From positions 32,001 through 96,000 of IMG/VR virus record IMGVR_UViG_3300027804_000047: a DNA stretch of 64,000 nucleotides. One strand, written 5' to 3'. This document shows, piece by piece, positions 16,256 through 26,446 of this stretch; position 1 is the first letter of the stretch; each line of letters opens with the position of its first letter. The DNA comes from a virus. Below the pieces are notes generated by a model. That model worked only from the letters and a program-made list of their open reading frames with translations, had not been told where the DNA came from and ran no database searches. The position numbers and the translations under genes are program-made.

Positions 16256-19200
16256 ATGTCTAGTCCGTCAAATCTGTACGCAGAAAAAATATATGCAGAG
16301 CATCCACAGTTTTTGTGGGCACTCGATGATAAGGCTGACTATGTTTCTTTAATTTCAGAAGCACAAAGAGACACATCGGTTTGGGCTATTGACAATGGAA
16401 TATCTGAAGAAACAGAAGAACTACTTGATGCTCCATTTCCAGAAAGCATAATTAATAAAATAAAACCATCTTCAGTAATTGGAGAACTTTTTTCATCAAC
16501 AATTGTTAGTCCAGATTTAATTTCTATAAATGATATAAATTCTGCATTACAAACTTTTTCTATAGGCTCTTATTTTTATAATATTGGGCCATATGTATTA
16601 AGTATTGAAATAGGATATAGGTATTACGATGATGCCTTAGAGAACTATGTCGATGTTTTAAAATCCTATGACGCCTCAGTACAAGGTAGATGGTTTTTTA
16701 TTTCAGAAACCTTTAGTCCAGAACAAACAAGTCTGCCTATAAAACTTGTTATTAAAATTAATTACTTTGGCCAGTCTGCAAATATTGATGACTATACATT
16801 GTATGTAAATGGAATTACATTTGGTCAATGGTGTGAAGAGTTTCAGTCCACTTCCTTGGGTGTTAACACAATATCTTTGCCATCAAATATAGCACTAGAT
16901 ACATCTGATGTTGTAGAGGCAAAGGCATACGGATTAACAAATAACAGTGGATATTATTTTGTTAACAATAATTCTTTATCAGCAAAAAATTTTGGTATGC
17001 CAATGGTTTTTGGATCTCAGAATATTACAAAATTATATAACAATAATAATGCACCATCGATTATAATTCCTTCGGATGGCATGATGTCGGATGGAGGAAG
17101 ATACAAAGATTTTACATTAGAATTTTGGTTAAGAACTAACAACGCATCTTCAGAAGCAAAAAGAATAGTTGGCGCTATATCTTCTGACGACGGCATTTAC
17201 ATAGATGGTCCATTTATAATATTAAAAATAAACAAATCATATTCATCGTATTATGTAGGTCAATGGGAAAGGCCAATGCTTATACATTGGAGATATACAA
17301 ATAATTTATCAACCATTCTTTTAAATGGAGAAGAAGTTATATCTTTAGCAATTGATAGTTCTTTAATTACATTGCCAGATTCTAAAAATACAGAAGACAA
17401 AGAGCAAGACTGGATAGGATTCTATGCATACGAAAATATTGAGCCTATTGAGATTGACTGCATTGCTTTATATACATATTCAGTTCCATCTGTTGTTGCG
17501 AAACGTAGATTTGTTTATGGCCAAGGAGTCCAGTATCCAGAAAACCTAAATGCTTCATATGGTGGAAGTTCTGTTGTTTTTGATTATGCTTTTGCAGATT
17601 ACACTAAAAATTATAACTATCCAGACCTAGGATCTTGGTCTCAAGGATCGTTAGATAATGTCTTAGTAGAAGACAACTATATAACTTTTCAAAATTTTAA
17701 TACTCCAGAAATTTTTATCAATAGTACCGAAAAAACAAAAGAACAAATGTTATTGGATTGTTCCACTATACAGAATGAAGATAGTTATTTTTTAAAATTA
17801 AGACCAACAGAAGATTGGGAAGGCATAAATTCATATTTATATTTTGATATATTTTCAACATTAAATCAACCAATTCATGCATTCTACGGATTATTTAAAA
17901 AACCATTAGAATACTCTGGACCAGAAGTTTTAATTAGATTAGAGGATCAAAATTCAAACTATCTATCTATAGAGTGTGTAGGAAATGATATTAGGTATAT
18001 ATTTAAAAAAGACTCTAACATAAAAACCTTGTATGAAATGTTTTCAGTAGATAATACAGATGTTTTTGCTGTAGGAATTGAAATAGATGTATTTAGAGAT
18101 TATTTTGGAGAAGAACTTTTATCATTTTTTAATAGTTCTGGATTAACCATGTATGTTGGAGGAACAAAAGAATTTACAAAAACCTTTACTGGAAATATTT
18201 ATAAAGTAGCAGTTTGTTCTGAAAAAAATGTAAAGGATATTGCAAATTTATTTAATGAACTTGGAGTTCCAAAAGATTATGAAAATATATTTGATTTGTA
18301 TGGTCCAAATATAGATTATGACGGAGGAGATTCAGATCAAGAATTTTGGGACTATTACTTAAACTACGACACACAGTTTGATTTTAATGCATCAGAATTT
18401 TTAAATATTAGATTAGCAGATCATGCCCCTAGTTTTGGAGTAATTCCAAAAGTTTATTTTAATAATTTCTACTTAGATGTCTATTCAAGCGGTTCTTGGA
18501 AAGACTATATTCCTCTTTCATATTTTGGACAGTATGTAACAGACGAGTATGGTAAAAGTAAGTTTGGATTAGATTTTATTCAGTTCAACGTTAATTATCC
18601 AGCACCAACTAAATTTAAAGAAACAGAAGTAATAGATGAAGACGGTTGGACATATGCAGAGTTGTCTGAAGAATACTCGTACCCAGAACAAAGAACTTAC
18701 GAGTCTTTAGATAATTATCTTTATACTGGATATGTAGATTATCAAGATTTATCAGAAAGATCACAAAAAACTTATTCGTATGACACTACTGGAGCAATAT
18801 TAAAAACATATATTACTTTTGAATATTTAGAAAGTGGGGCAAATGCTTCAGATGGATATTTTATAAACACAAAAGATGTTCCAAAAAATGGTGTTATTTC
18901 TCCAGGAAGTGAATGGATAAATACTAAATATGAAGTTGTTGATAATGTATTAATATATCCTCCAAAAGGAGTTAACTTTAATGATTTAGCAATAGTTGTT
19001 CATCTTGACTTTGAGGTAGACGGAATTTTACATAACCCGATTAAAGTTAAAAGTTTGCAATTAGCCTCTCAGGCATTTAATTATAATACTGCAAATAATA
19101 TAGGTACTCGCTTTGGAACTAATGTTTATCCTTATTTAAATAATGGTTACTATTTTAACTATAAATCAAAAAATCCATTTAGCATATATAAAGGATCTTC

Positions 19201-19957
19201 CCCCTACTTATATTTAACGAGGTATTCTGGTTTAGAGTTACGTGGAGACTATGATCCGCTAACGAATCGTGGAGTAGCAATCCCCATCAACAGTGGAAAA
19301 ACAAATAATTATGAGATTATGGCTATGCAGTCTTTAGTTAGATTTAATGGAGATTTCTTCCCATACTCCCCAACTCAAATAATGCAGATTAACTCAAAAA
19401 CAAAAACTATAAAATTATTTATGGTTGCAAATCACCCTACTGGTAAACGTGCAAAAATATATGCAATAGATGCAAATACTGGATCTTTATATAATGGAAT
19501 ATCATTTTATTTAAATGGAAAGATAGTTAAGGAGCCAGTATTAAATATAAATGAGTGGGCAATGCTTGGAATAGGTTTTCCATCTATATTAAACTTCAAA
19601 GGATATGCTGGGTCAATAATGATAAATGGGCCAATTATTTTTAATAGTTTATCTTATTATCAAACTACAAGTTTGCAAGCAATACAAAATGTAAATAAGA
19701 GGCCATGGTCAAGAGTAAAATTTGCTCCAGATGGATTTTTTGATTGGGAATACTGGGCTGACGTCGCTATATGGCAGGGAGTATTGGTGCAATCCTCAAT
19801 TAGTTATTATGGCGTAGATCCATCAGACCTATATAAAGCATATACTGGAACTAATAAAATTATAGTTGACGATACCAGAGTTTTTAGTCTTAAAGATTAT
19901 GAATATGCCATATTTAAAGATATACAGTGGCAATCTCAAACCTCTGACGCAGTATAA
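16256..19957 (+). CDS. Large virion protein with probable LamG/concanavalin-like domain
   Basis: YAEKIYAEHP..LWALDD start; FTLEFWLR...LIHW...LLNGEEV...IDCIALY LamG-like strands; just upstream of the head genes. Confidence 0.6.
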   Translation: MSSPSNLYAEKIYAEHPQFLWALDDKADYVSLISEAQRDTSVWAIDNGISEETEELLDAPFPESIINKIKPSSVIGELFSSTIVSPDLISINDINSALQTFSIGSYFYNIGPYVLSIEIGYRYYDDALENYVDVLKSYDASVQGRWFFISETFSPEQTSLPIKLVIKINYFGQSANIDDYTLYVNGITFGQWCEEFQSTSLGVNTISLPSNIALDTSDVVEAKAYGLTNNSGYYFVNNNSLSAKNFGMPMVFGSQNITKLYNNNNAPSIIIPSDGMMSDGGRYKDFTLEFWLRTNNASSEAKRIVGAISSDDGIYIDGPFIILKINKSYSSYYVGQWERPMLIHWRYTNNLSTILLNGEEVISLAIDSSLITLPDSKNTEDKEQDWIGFYAYENIEPIEIDCIALYTYSVPSVVAKRRFVYGQGVQYPENLNASYGGSSVVFDYAFADYTKNYNYPDLGSWSQGSLDNVLVEDNYITFQNFNTPEIFINSTEKTKEQMLLDCSTIQNEDSYFLKLRPTEDWEGINSYLYFDIFSTLNQPIHAFYGLFKKPLEYSGPEVLIRLEDQNSNYLSIECVGNDIRYIFKKDSNIKTLYEMFSVDNTDVFAVGIEIDVFRDYFGEELLSFFNSSGLTMYVGGTKEFTKTFTGNIYKVAVCSEKNVKDIANLFNELGVPKDYENIFDLYGPNIDYDGGDSDQEFWDYYLNYDTQFDFNASEFLNIRLADHAPSFGVIPKVYFNNFYLDVYSSGSWKDYIPLSYFGQYVTDEYGKSKFGLDFIQFNVNYPAPTKFKETEVIDEDGWTYAELSEEYSYPEQRTYESLDNYLYTGYVDYQDLSERSQKTYSYDTTGAILKTYITFEYLESGANASDGYFINTKDVPKNGVISPGSEWINTKYEVVDNVLIYPPKGVNFNDLAIVVHLDFEVDGILHNPIKVKSLQLASQAFNYNTANNIGTRFGTNVYPYLNNGYYFNYKSKNPFSIYKGSSPYLYLTRYSGLELRGDYDPLTNRGVAIPINSGKTNNYEIMAMQSLVRFNGDFFPYSPTQIMQINSKTKTIKLFMVANHPTGKRAKIYAIDANTGSLYNGISFYLNGKIVKEPVLNINEWAMLGIGFPSILNFKGYAGSIMINGPIIFNSLSYYQTTSLQAIQNVNKRPWSRVKFAPDGFFDWEYWADVAIWQGVLVQSSISYYGVDPSDLYKAYTGTNKIIVDDTRVFSLKDYEYAIFKDIQWQSQTSDAV

Positions 19958-19975
19958 TATGGTATACTGGTGGTT

Positions 19976-20380
19976 ATGAAAAAGAACAATCAACCCCTTT
20001 TTGGTAAAGATGGAAAGCCTCGCATGCCTGGTCAGATTGGTGAAACTAAGGTTACAGTAATTGATAAAAAATATGATTGGGGTATTTATGTTTGGAAAAA
20101 GTCTAACGGTAAGTGGTTTACTGATGGAAACGGAAACATATTAAACATTCCATCAATGAAGGGTGATCTTGCAAGAATTGCAGAATTAAAGCAAGCAGCA
20201 GCATATTATGGAGAGCCAGACGGGGAGCCATATTTTTTTGCGGGTATGGGAAGAGTAACTGATGAAGAGTATAGCGAGCAGGTAGATAGAATGAAGGCTG
20301 GGCTAATACCTAATCTAAATGATCTTGGTGCAGTTCAAGCAGCAAAAGATACAATTGCAAAATATGGTGATGAGGAATAA
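19976..20380 (+). CDS. Conserved hypothetical protein upstream of portal
   Basis: ATG 19976 lies 7 nt after TGgTATACT; coupled to the portal gene (TAATG). Confidence 0.7.
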   Translation: MKKNNQPLFGKDGKPRMPGQIGETKVTVIDKKYDWGIYVWKKSNGKWFTDGNGNILNIPSMKGDLARIAELKQAAAYYGEPDGEPYFFAGMGRVTDEEYSEQVDRMKAGLIPNLNDLGAVQAAKDTIAKYGDEE

Positions 20381-21981
20381 TGTCAGAAGAAAAAGAATAT
20401 TTGATAGGTGCAAGAATAGATAATCCAGTAGATGCATTAGATACTTTTAAAGCATCTGACCCATTTAATCAATCATGGGAAGATTTAAAATCATATAACG
20501 GATTAGACAATAACTTTAAAAGAAGAGCATCTCGTCTTGTAGAAAAAGCAGATAGAAATAATCCAACACAGGGATATCTTGATAGTGCAAGAGCAGAGCA
20601 AAGCGGTATTAATGGTGCAAAATCAAAAGAAATAAATCCTGGCACAGTATATAGAAATGGTTATGGTTTATTTGACGTAATTACACCACCATGGAATGTT
20701 TACGAACTTGCAAATTATTATGATACATCATTTGCAAATCATGCTGCTATCGATGCTAAAGTAGAAAATATTGTTGGACTTGGATATGATTTTGAAGTTG
20801 CTCCAAGCACAATGCTTAGACTAGAATCAAATAAAGATAAAGATCAAGTTTCAAGAGCAAGAAATAGAATTGAACGTGCAAAGATTGAAATGCATGAATG
20901 GTTAGAATCATTAAACGATGATGATTCTTTTACTACAACAATGATGAAAGTTTATACTGATGTTCAAGCAGTAGGAAATGGTTATCTTGAAGTAGGAAGA
21001 ACCACTCGTGGTGAAATTGGTTATATTGGACACATTCCAGCAACAACTATGCGTGTTCGTAGATTGCGTGACGGATATGTTCAGATAATCGGAAGCAAGG
21101 TTGTTTATTTTAGGAACTTTGGAGCAAAAAATGCTAATCCAGTAACTTCTGATCCAAGACCTAATGAAATCATACACTTTAAACAGTACTCGCCTTTAAA
21201 TACTTTTTATGGTGTACCAGACATAATGTCGGCAATAAACTCGCTCCATGGAGACCAGTTAGCGTCACAATATAACATCGACTACTTTAGTAATAAGGCT
21301 GTCCCTCGTTATGTTGTGACACTAAAGGGTGCACGACTTTCTGCAGATGCTGAAGATAAGATGTTTAGATTTTTACAAACAAGTCTTAAGGGGCAATCAC
21401 ATAGAACTTTATACATTCCGCTCCCTGGAGATAGCGATACTAATAAGGTCGAGTTCAAAATGGAGCCTATTGAAAATGGTGTTCAAGAGGGTTCCTTTGA
21501 AAGGTATCGTAACCAAAATCGTGACGACATTTTAATTGCACATCAAGTTCCATTATCTAAGATAGGTGGAGGAGATTCTGGCTCAATTGCAGCAGCACTT
21601 GCACAAGATAGAACATTCAAAGAGCAAGTCGCAAGACCAGCACAAAGAGAATTAGAAAAAATAGTTAATAAAATTATTAAAGAAAAGACTGATGTTTTAG
21701 TCCTTAAGTTTAAAGAATTAACACTTACAGATGAAATAGCACAATCTCAGATTTTGGAGAGATACGTAAAAACACAGGTAATGCTTCCAAACGAAGCAAG
21801 ATCCGCACTTGGTCTTCCACAAAGAGAGGGGGGGGACGAGCCATTTAATCCTAAGCCAGAACAAATATCAAGCGATAATTCTGATAGGGCAAGGGATTCA
21901 GAAAGAACGAATAACCAGTCTGACGGGGCTGCCACAATAAGCGGTAGAAATCCAAAAGGCGAAGGTAGATCTTCTCAATAG
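20380..21981 (+). CDS. Portal protein
   Basis: GNGYLEV, HIPATTMRV, NEIIHFK...YGVP, YFSNKAVP, ILIAHQVP, PNEARSALGLP motifs of HK97/PBSX-type portals. Confidence 0.92.
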   Translation: MSEEKEYLIGARIDNPVDALDTFKASDPFNQSWEDLKSYNGLDNNFKRRASRLVEKADRNNPTQGYLDSARAEQSGINGAKSKEINPGTVYRNGYGLFDVITPPWNVYELANYYDTSFANHAAIDAKVENIVGLGYDFEVAPSTMLRLESNKDKDQVSRARNRIERAKIEMHEWLESLNDDDSFTTTMMKVYTDVQAVGNGYLEVGRTTRGEIGYIGHIPATTMRVRRLRDGYVQIIGSKVVYFRNFGAKNANPVTSDPRPNEIIHFKQYSPLNTFYGVPDIMSAINSLHGDQLASQYNIDYFSNKAVPRYVVTLKGARLSADAEDKMFRFLQTSLKGQSHRTLYIPLPGDSDTNKVEFKMEPIENGVQEGSFERYRNQNRDDILIAHQVPLSKIGGGDSGSIAAALAQDRTFKEQVARPAQRELEKIVNKIIKEKTDVLVLKFKELTLTDEIAQSQILERYVKTQVMLPNEARSALGLPQREGGDEPFNPKPEQISSDNSDRARDSERTNNQSDGAATISGRNPKGEGRSSQ

Positions 21982-22013
21982 TTTTCCACAGGTTTATTCA
22001 CAAGTTATTAACA
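21982..22013 (+). promoter_or_regulatory. Three tandem DnaA-box-like 9-mers
   Basis: TTTTCCACA (21982), TTATTCACA (21994), TTATTAACA (22005); two match TTWTNCACA exactly and one has a single mismatch; spacing 12 and 11 bp. Confidence 0.7.
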
Positions 22014-22047
22014 TATGTGTAAAAAAGGCTCTATAATATATTCTAGT

Positions 22048-23379
22048 ATGACTATATCTAAAGCCCATTGGGATACCACTGGCGACTCAGTAAGACTTTC
22101 CCTTCCATTTGCGAAGGTTGATAAGGAGAGACGTATCGTCTCTGGTTTTGCATCTCTTGATAATGTTGATAAGCAAGGCGATATAGTTACAGCAGAAGCA
22201 TCACTAAAAGCATTTTCAAAATTCCGTGGAAACATTCGTGAAATGCACCAGCCACTTGCTGTTGGTAAGATGGTTAATTTTAAAGAAGATAGATATTTTG
22301 ATCCAGAATCTAAAAAGTTTTATTCTGGTGTTTTTGTTTCAGCATATGTATCAAAGGGTGCACAAGATACATGGGAAAAAGTTTTGGACGGTACACTAAC
22401 AGGATTTTCTATTGGTGGTCGAATGAATAAGTGGGATGACGGTTATGATGAGAAGTCAGATTCCACAATTAGAATTATTAAAGATTATGATCTTGTTGAG
22501 TTATCATTAGTTGATTCTCCAGCAAATCAGTTTGCAAATATTATGCAAGTTGAAAAGGTTGATGGAGTAGATGTTGTTAAGGGACAAGATGTTGCATTAG
22601 AAAATGTTTTTTATGATGAAGAGTCTGGTTTGGTTATGGTGTCAGAAGAAGAATCTGTAACAAGTCCAGTTAACGGAAATGAAATGAAGAATATAGGGTT
22701 CGTTGAAAAAACGGATAATGAAAAAATGGATATAGTCAAATTCTTAGTAGATAGTGCTAAAGGCATTGATGCTAAGATTAAGAAGGAGGATAATCCTATG
22801 GCAAAAAAGACAAAGGTTGAAGAAACCGAAGTTACTAAGTCAGAAGAAATCGCTCCAGAGGCAGATGCCGTAGTTGAGGCTCCTGTTGCAGAAGTTACTG
22901 AAAAATCTGAAGAGGTTGAAGTAGCAGAAGATACTGTTGAAAAGTCTGAAGAGACTCCAACAGAAGAAGTTGCAAAGGCTGAAGAATCAGTTGAAGCACC
23001 AGCAGCAGAAGTTGCAGCAGAAGTATCTAAGTCAGATGAAGCAATTGTTGAAGCAGTTGCAGAAATCAAGAATACAATTACATCAGCCTTTAGCGATTTA
23101 GTTGAAACTGTAAAGTCTTTGCAGGCAGAAGTAGAAATGCTTAAGTCTAATAAGGTTGACACAGCAGCAGTAAAGAGTTCACTTGATGCAGTCGCCAAAG
23201 ACATTGCTGCAACAGTTGAACAAGTTGATAGATTTGGAAAGAGAGTAGACGCAGTAGAAGCAGACACTGCTTTCCGAAAGTCTGGCGATCTAGGCGAGAT
23301 CGTACAGGAACAACCAGCAATGGTTGAAAAATCCCTATGGGGCGGACGTTTCCTCAAAACAGCCGACTTATTTAATTAA
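22048..23379 (+). CDS. Prohead protease fused to acidic scaffold domain
   Basis: VSGFAS...DKQGD...REMH...GFSIGG...ELSLVDSPAN (HK97-type protease) followed by Glu/Ala-rich coiled coil; ATG 22048 follows TATAAT at 22032. Confidence 0.9.
   Translation: MTISKAHWDTTGDSVRLSLPFAKVDKERRIVSGFASLDNVDKQGDIVTAEASLKAFSKFRGNIREMHQPLAVGKMVNFKEDRYFDPESKKFYSGVFVSAYVSKGAQDTWEKVLDGTLTGFSIGGRMNKWDDGYDEKSDSTIRIIKDYDLVELSLVDSPANQFANIMQVEKVDGVDVVKGQDVALENVFYDEESGLVMVSEEESVTSPVNGNEMKNIGFVEKTDNEKMDIVKFLVDSAKGIDAKIKKEDNPMAKKTKVEETEVTKSEEIAPEADAVVEAPVAEVTEKSEEVEVAEDTVEKSEETPTEEVAKAEESVEAPAAEVAAEVSKSDEAIVEAVAEIKNTITSAFSDLVETVKSLQAEVEMLKSNKVDTAAVKSSLDAVAKDIAATVEQVDRFGKRVDAVEADTAFRKSGDLGEIVQEQPAMVEKSLWGGRFLKTADLFN
22798..23379 (+). 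CDS. Probable nested in-frame scaffold protein
   Basis: Strong internal RBS aaggagg (22783-22789) before in-frame ATG 22798 (MAKKTKVEETE...), at the start of the acidic region. Confidence 0.6.
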   Translation: MAKKTKVEETEVTKSEEIAPEADAVVEAPVAEVTEKSEEVEVAEDTVEKSEETPTEEVAKAEESVEAPAAEVAAEVSKSDEAIVEAVAEIKNTITSAFSDLVETVKSLQAEVEMLKSNKVDTAAVKSSLDAVAKDIAATVEQVDRFGKRVDAVEADTAFRKSGDLGEIVQEQPAMVEKSLWGGRFLKTADLFN

Positions 23380-23402
23380 GTAATCACTTAGGAGGTGACA
23401 AT

Positions 23403-24530
23403 ATGTCGGAAGAGATTAAGAAAAACCAGCCAGGAGAAACTGGCGAACTAGGCGGAACAGCCCCTGGTCTTTATCAAGGTCAAGGTGCATTCGCTTCAGG
23501 TGGTGTTGGTGGTGTAACAGATCCAGGTGCAGATACACTTGGTAACATCCCTAACGCTAACTTTGGTGTTACCACTGGTCCTAATGCCGTAAACCCTTCG
23601 GGTGATGCTGCAAGCGGAATCCTACGCCCTGAACAGGCACGTCGTTTTATTGACTACGTTTGGGATGCTACCGTTCTCGCCCAAGATGGTCGTCGTGTGA
23701 CGATGAGAGCAAACACCATGGAATTAGAGAAGATTAACGTTGGTGAGCGTGTTATCCGTTCTGCTGCACAAGCAATCGGTAACTACACAAACACTGGTGC
23801 AACCTTCTCAAAGGTAGAACTTACCACAAAGAAAATCCGTTTGGATTGGGAAGTTTCTGCTGAAGCACTAGAAGACAATGTCGAGGGTGGTGCATTAGAA
23901 GATCATCTCGTTCGCTTGATGACAAATGCATTCGCAAATGACATTGAAGATCTTGCTATTAATGGTGACGGAACAACCGCACCATTCCTTTCAATTATGC
24001 CTGGCTTCATTAAGAAGCATCAGGATAATGGAGATTCACATGAGGCAGCAATTACCGTTGCTGACAACGCATGGACTCCAGAAAAAATGCAGGAGATCAT
24101 CCTTGCTATGCCACGTAAGTACCGTGCACTTAAGAACAATCTTAAGTTCTATGCAGGTACAGATGCATTCGCAGGTATCGTTAAGAATAACGGTACATTG
24201 TCTGATGCAATCGCTGAAGCACTTGGCAAGAATGGTAATACCTATGCAAATACACAGGCTTACCTAGATGGTCAAGGCCAGACATTCGGTGGAGCACGTA
24301 CAACTCGTGTTCTCGGAATCGATGTACAAGAAGTTCCTTACTACCCTGAAGGATATGTCGATTTGACATTCCCTCAGAACCGTGTATGGGGCTTCCAGCG
24401 TGATATCGTTGTAAACCGTGAATATGTTGCGAAGAAGGATACAATTGAATATACTGTATTCGTTCGCTTCGGTATTCAATGGGAAGAAGAAGACGCTATT
24501 GCCTGGGCAGACGCTGCAGCAGATGCATAA
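23403..24530 (+). CDS. Major capsid protein (HK97 fold)
   Basis: Follows protease; GILRPEQARRFID, LTTKKIRLDWEVSAEALEDNVEG, NDIEDLAINGD; strongly biased codons; RBS ggaggt; terminator downstream. Confidence 0.9.
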   Translation: MSEEIKKNQPGETGELGGTAPGLYQGQGAFASGGVGGVTDPGADTLGNIPNANFGVTTGPNAVNPSGDAASGILRPEQARRFIDYVWDATVLAQDGRRVTMRANTMELEKINVGERVIRSAAQAIGNYTNTGATFSKVELTTKKIRLDWEVSAEALEDNVEGGALEDHLVRLMTNAFANDIEDLAINGDGTTAPFLSIMPGFIKKHQDNGDSHEAAITVADNAWTPEKMQEIILAMPRKYRALKNNLKFYAGTDAFAGIVKNNGTLSDAIAEALGKNGNTYANTQAYLDGQGQTFGGARTTRVLGIDVQEVPYYPEGYVDLTFPQNRVWGFQRDIVVNREYVAKKDTIEYTVFVRFGIQWEEEDAIAWADAAADA

Positions 24531-24548
24531 TCTGTAGACAGTACCTTT

Positions 24549-24588
24549 GAGAGGGGGCAGGGGTTAATCTCCTCCCCCTCTTATCTTT
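24549..24588 (+). terminator. Probable intrinsic terminator after capsid gene
   Basis: gagagggggcagggg-ttaat-ctcctccccctctt hairpin followed by T-rich tract. Confidence 0.7.
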
Positions 24589-24626
24589 AGTATTCTGTTA
24601 TAATAGTTCACATAGGAGGTTAAATA

Positions 24627-25118
24627 ATGGAAGAAAATAATTTTAATAATGAAGCACCAGTAGAAAACATTGTTGCACCAGAGGCTCCAGTAGAAGAACC
24701 AGCAGTTGCTGAACCAGTTGTTGAGGCTCCTATGCCAGAAACTAAGGTTGAAGAAGTCGCTGCGGAAAATAATATTGAAGCATCAGTATCTGAGGCTACA
24801 GAGTCTACAGATGCTATCACTACAGCAGATTTGAGCAGATCTTCATCTGATACAGTTCAGTCTGTAGGATCTATTGTAAATGGTGTAATTGGTGTTGCAC
24901 AAACACCACGACAGGTTAAAAATGAAAAATCTGTTGCACCAAAAAAGTCTAATAAAACAGTTGCTGTTCATTCTACAAAGAATGTAAGTTTACCTGGAGT
25001 TGGCAAGGTATATCGTGGATATAATATTGTTACACCAGAGCAGGCTGAAAAATGGTTAGAGCGTAGTCATGTTAGACTTGCTACACCAGAAGAGGTAGCC
25101 AAGGAGTTTGGTCGCTAA
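24627..25118 (+). CDS. Hypothetical head-associated protein
   Basis: TGtTATAAT (24596) and ggagg RBS upstream; Glu/Pro-rich N-terminus, compact C-terminal domain (VRLATPEEV). Confidence 0.65.
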   Translation: MEENNFNNEAPVENIVAPEAPVEEPAVAEPVVEAPMPETKVEEVAAENNIEASVSEATESTDAITTADLSRSSSDTVQSVGSIVNGVIGVAQTPRQVKNEKSVAPKKSNKTVAVHSTKNVSLPGVGKVYRGYNIVTPEQAEKWLERSHVRLATPEEVAKEFGR

Positions 25119-25997
25119 ATGCAAATTCTGAGAGTACCGCCATATAATTTAAGTGTAACTTTAGATGTTGGATCTGCATCCACAGAATATGATTACACCA
25201 TTACAGATATGGCGGACTCCTCAGTTATAGAAGATTCAATTACTTCTAATGCAAATTCAAAAGTAGTAATACCACTATCTTCAAAATATGATACAGAATA
25301 TAAAATAGAAATTGATGGAGATGAATATTTTATTGATGTAGTCCGCCCGTACATAAATCCAAACGATCACGGAACTACAGCCAGTGAAATTTCAACCTAT
25401 GCCTCTAACGAAGAATTAGCCAGAGCAATTATAGATTCTGTATGCGATGTAGAGTTTTATTATAAGAAAAAAATAATTCAAACAACAGGTCAAGGAACAG
25501 ACTACCTTCCTATTTGGGTAGATGCTAAAAAGGTTTTAAAGGTTTATGAAAACAACGTATTGCTTTATGATGCAGATGATTTAGAAAACTCTGTTTCAGC
25601 ATTTGAAATTATTCCAGATGGATCTGCAATCACAATGACGTTTAATGATGCAATAAACAGAGATGAGTCTGCTCGTATTTTATTGCCAGCCTCACCGACA
25701 GATATTACAGAACTTGATTATTCTGCACGAGGATTTCCAAAGACATGGGATTACACAGTTATACTAGAAGTAGGATATAACAAGGTTCCGTCTGATATTG
25801 TTAGAGCAACAGAGTTACTTATTCATGACATCGATTGTGGTAAGTTAGATTATTATAAGCGCTATATCGGTGCCTATAATACAGATCAATTTAGAATTCA
25901 GTTTGATAAAGCAGTATTTGAAGGTACTGGCAATTTAATTGTAGACAAGATACTTGATAAATATCGCAAACCGATTGAGTTCGTCGGGGTACTATAA
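25119..25997 (+). CDS. Head-tail adaptor (putative)
   Basis: ELARAIIDS...GY..VPSDIVRAT...TGNLIVDKIL; position after capsid. Confidence 0.65.
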   Translation: MQILRVPPYNLSVTLDVGSASTEYDYTITDMADSSVIEDSITSNANSKVVIPLSSKYDTEYKIEIDGDEYFIDVVRPYINPNDHGTTASEISTYASNEELARAIIDSVCDVEFYYKKKIIQTTGQGTDYLPIWVDAKKVLKVYENNVLLYDADDLENSVSAFEIIPDGSAITMTFNDAINRDESARILLPASPTDITELDYSARGFPKTWDYTVILEVGYNKVPSDIVRATELLIHDIDCGKLDYYKRYIGAYNTDQFRIQFDKAVFEGTGNLIVDKILDKYRKPIEFVGVL

Positions 25998-26446
25998 TGG
26001 TAATATGCGAAACTCCAGACTTCGCATTTCCTATGCAAGCAGATGTGTATCACCCAATAGTTGAACAGGGTATTTACGGAGAAGTTAAAAAGACTTGGAT
26101 TTTAGATCGTACAATTGCATGTTCATTTGCTCCAGCAGGAACAGCATTTAAAGAAGAGGTAACTCCAAATATTAATATTACACAAGATAAACTATTAATG
26201 GGTAGAGTAAAAACAGATATCAGAATGTCAAGTTTAGAGGCTCGTAATTCTATTACAAATGTTATTATCACAAACATAAAAGATAAAAACTGTAATGAAA
26301 TTTATTTAGAAACTTCTGGGCCACGTGCAGGTAAGTCCACTATATTTGAAATAGCAACACAAGACCCTTTTACAGGTCCTTTTGGAAATATAGAATACTA
26401 TAAATTAATTATACGTAGATCTGAAAATCAGGCGGTAGACGTATGA
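25997..26446 (+). CDS. Head closure/stopper protein (putative)
   Basis: Size, beta-rich sequence and position in the neck operon. Confidence 0.55.
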   Translation: MVICETPDFAFPMQADVYHPIVEQGIYGEVKKTWILDRTIACSFAPAGTAFKEEVTPNINITQDKLLMGRVKTDIRMSSLEARNSITNVIITNIKDKNCNEIYLETSGPRAGKSTIFEIATQDPFTGPFGNIEYYKLIIRRSENQAVDV

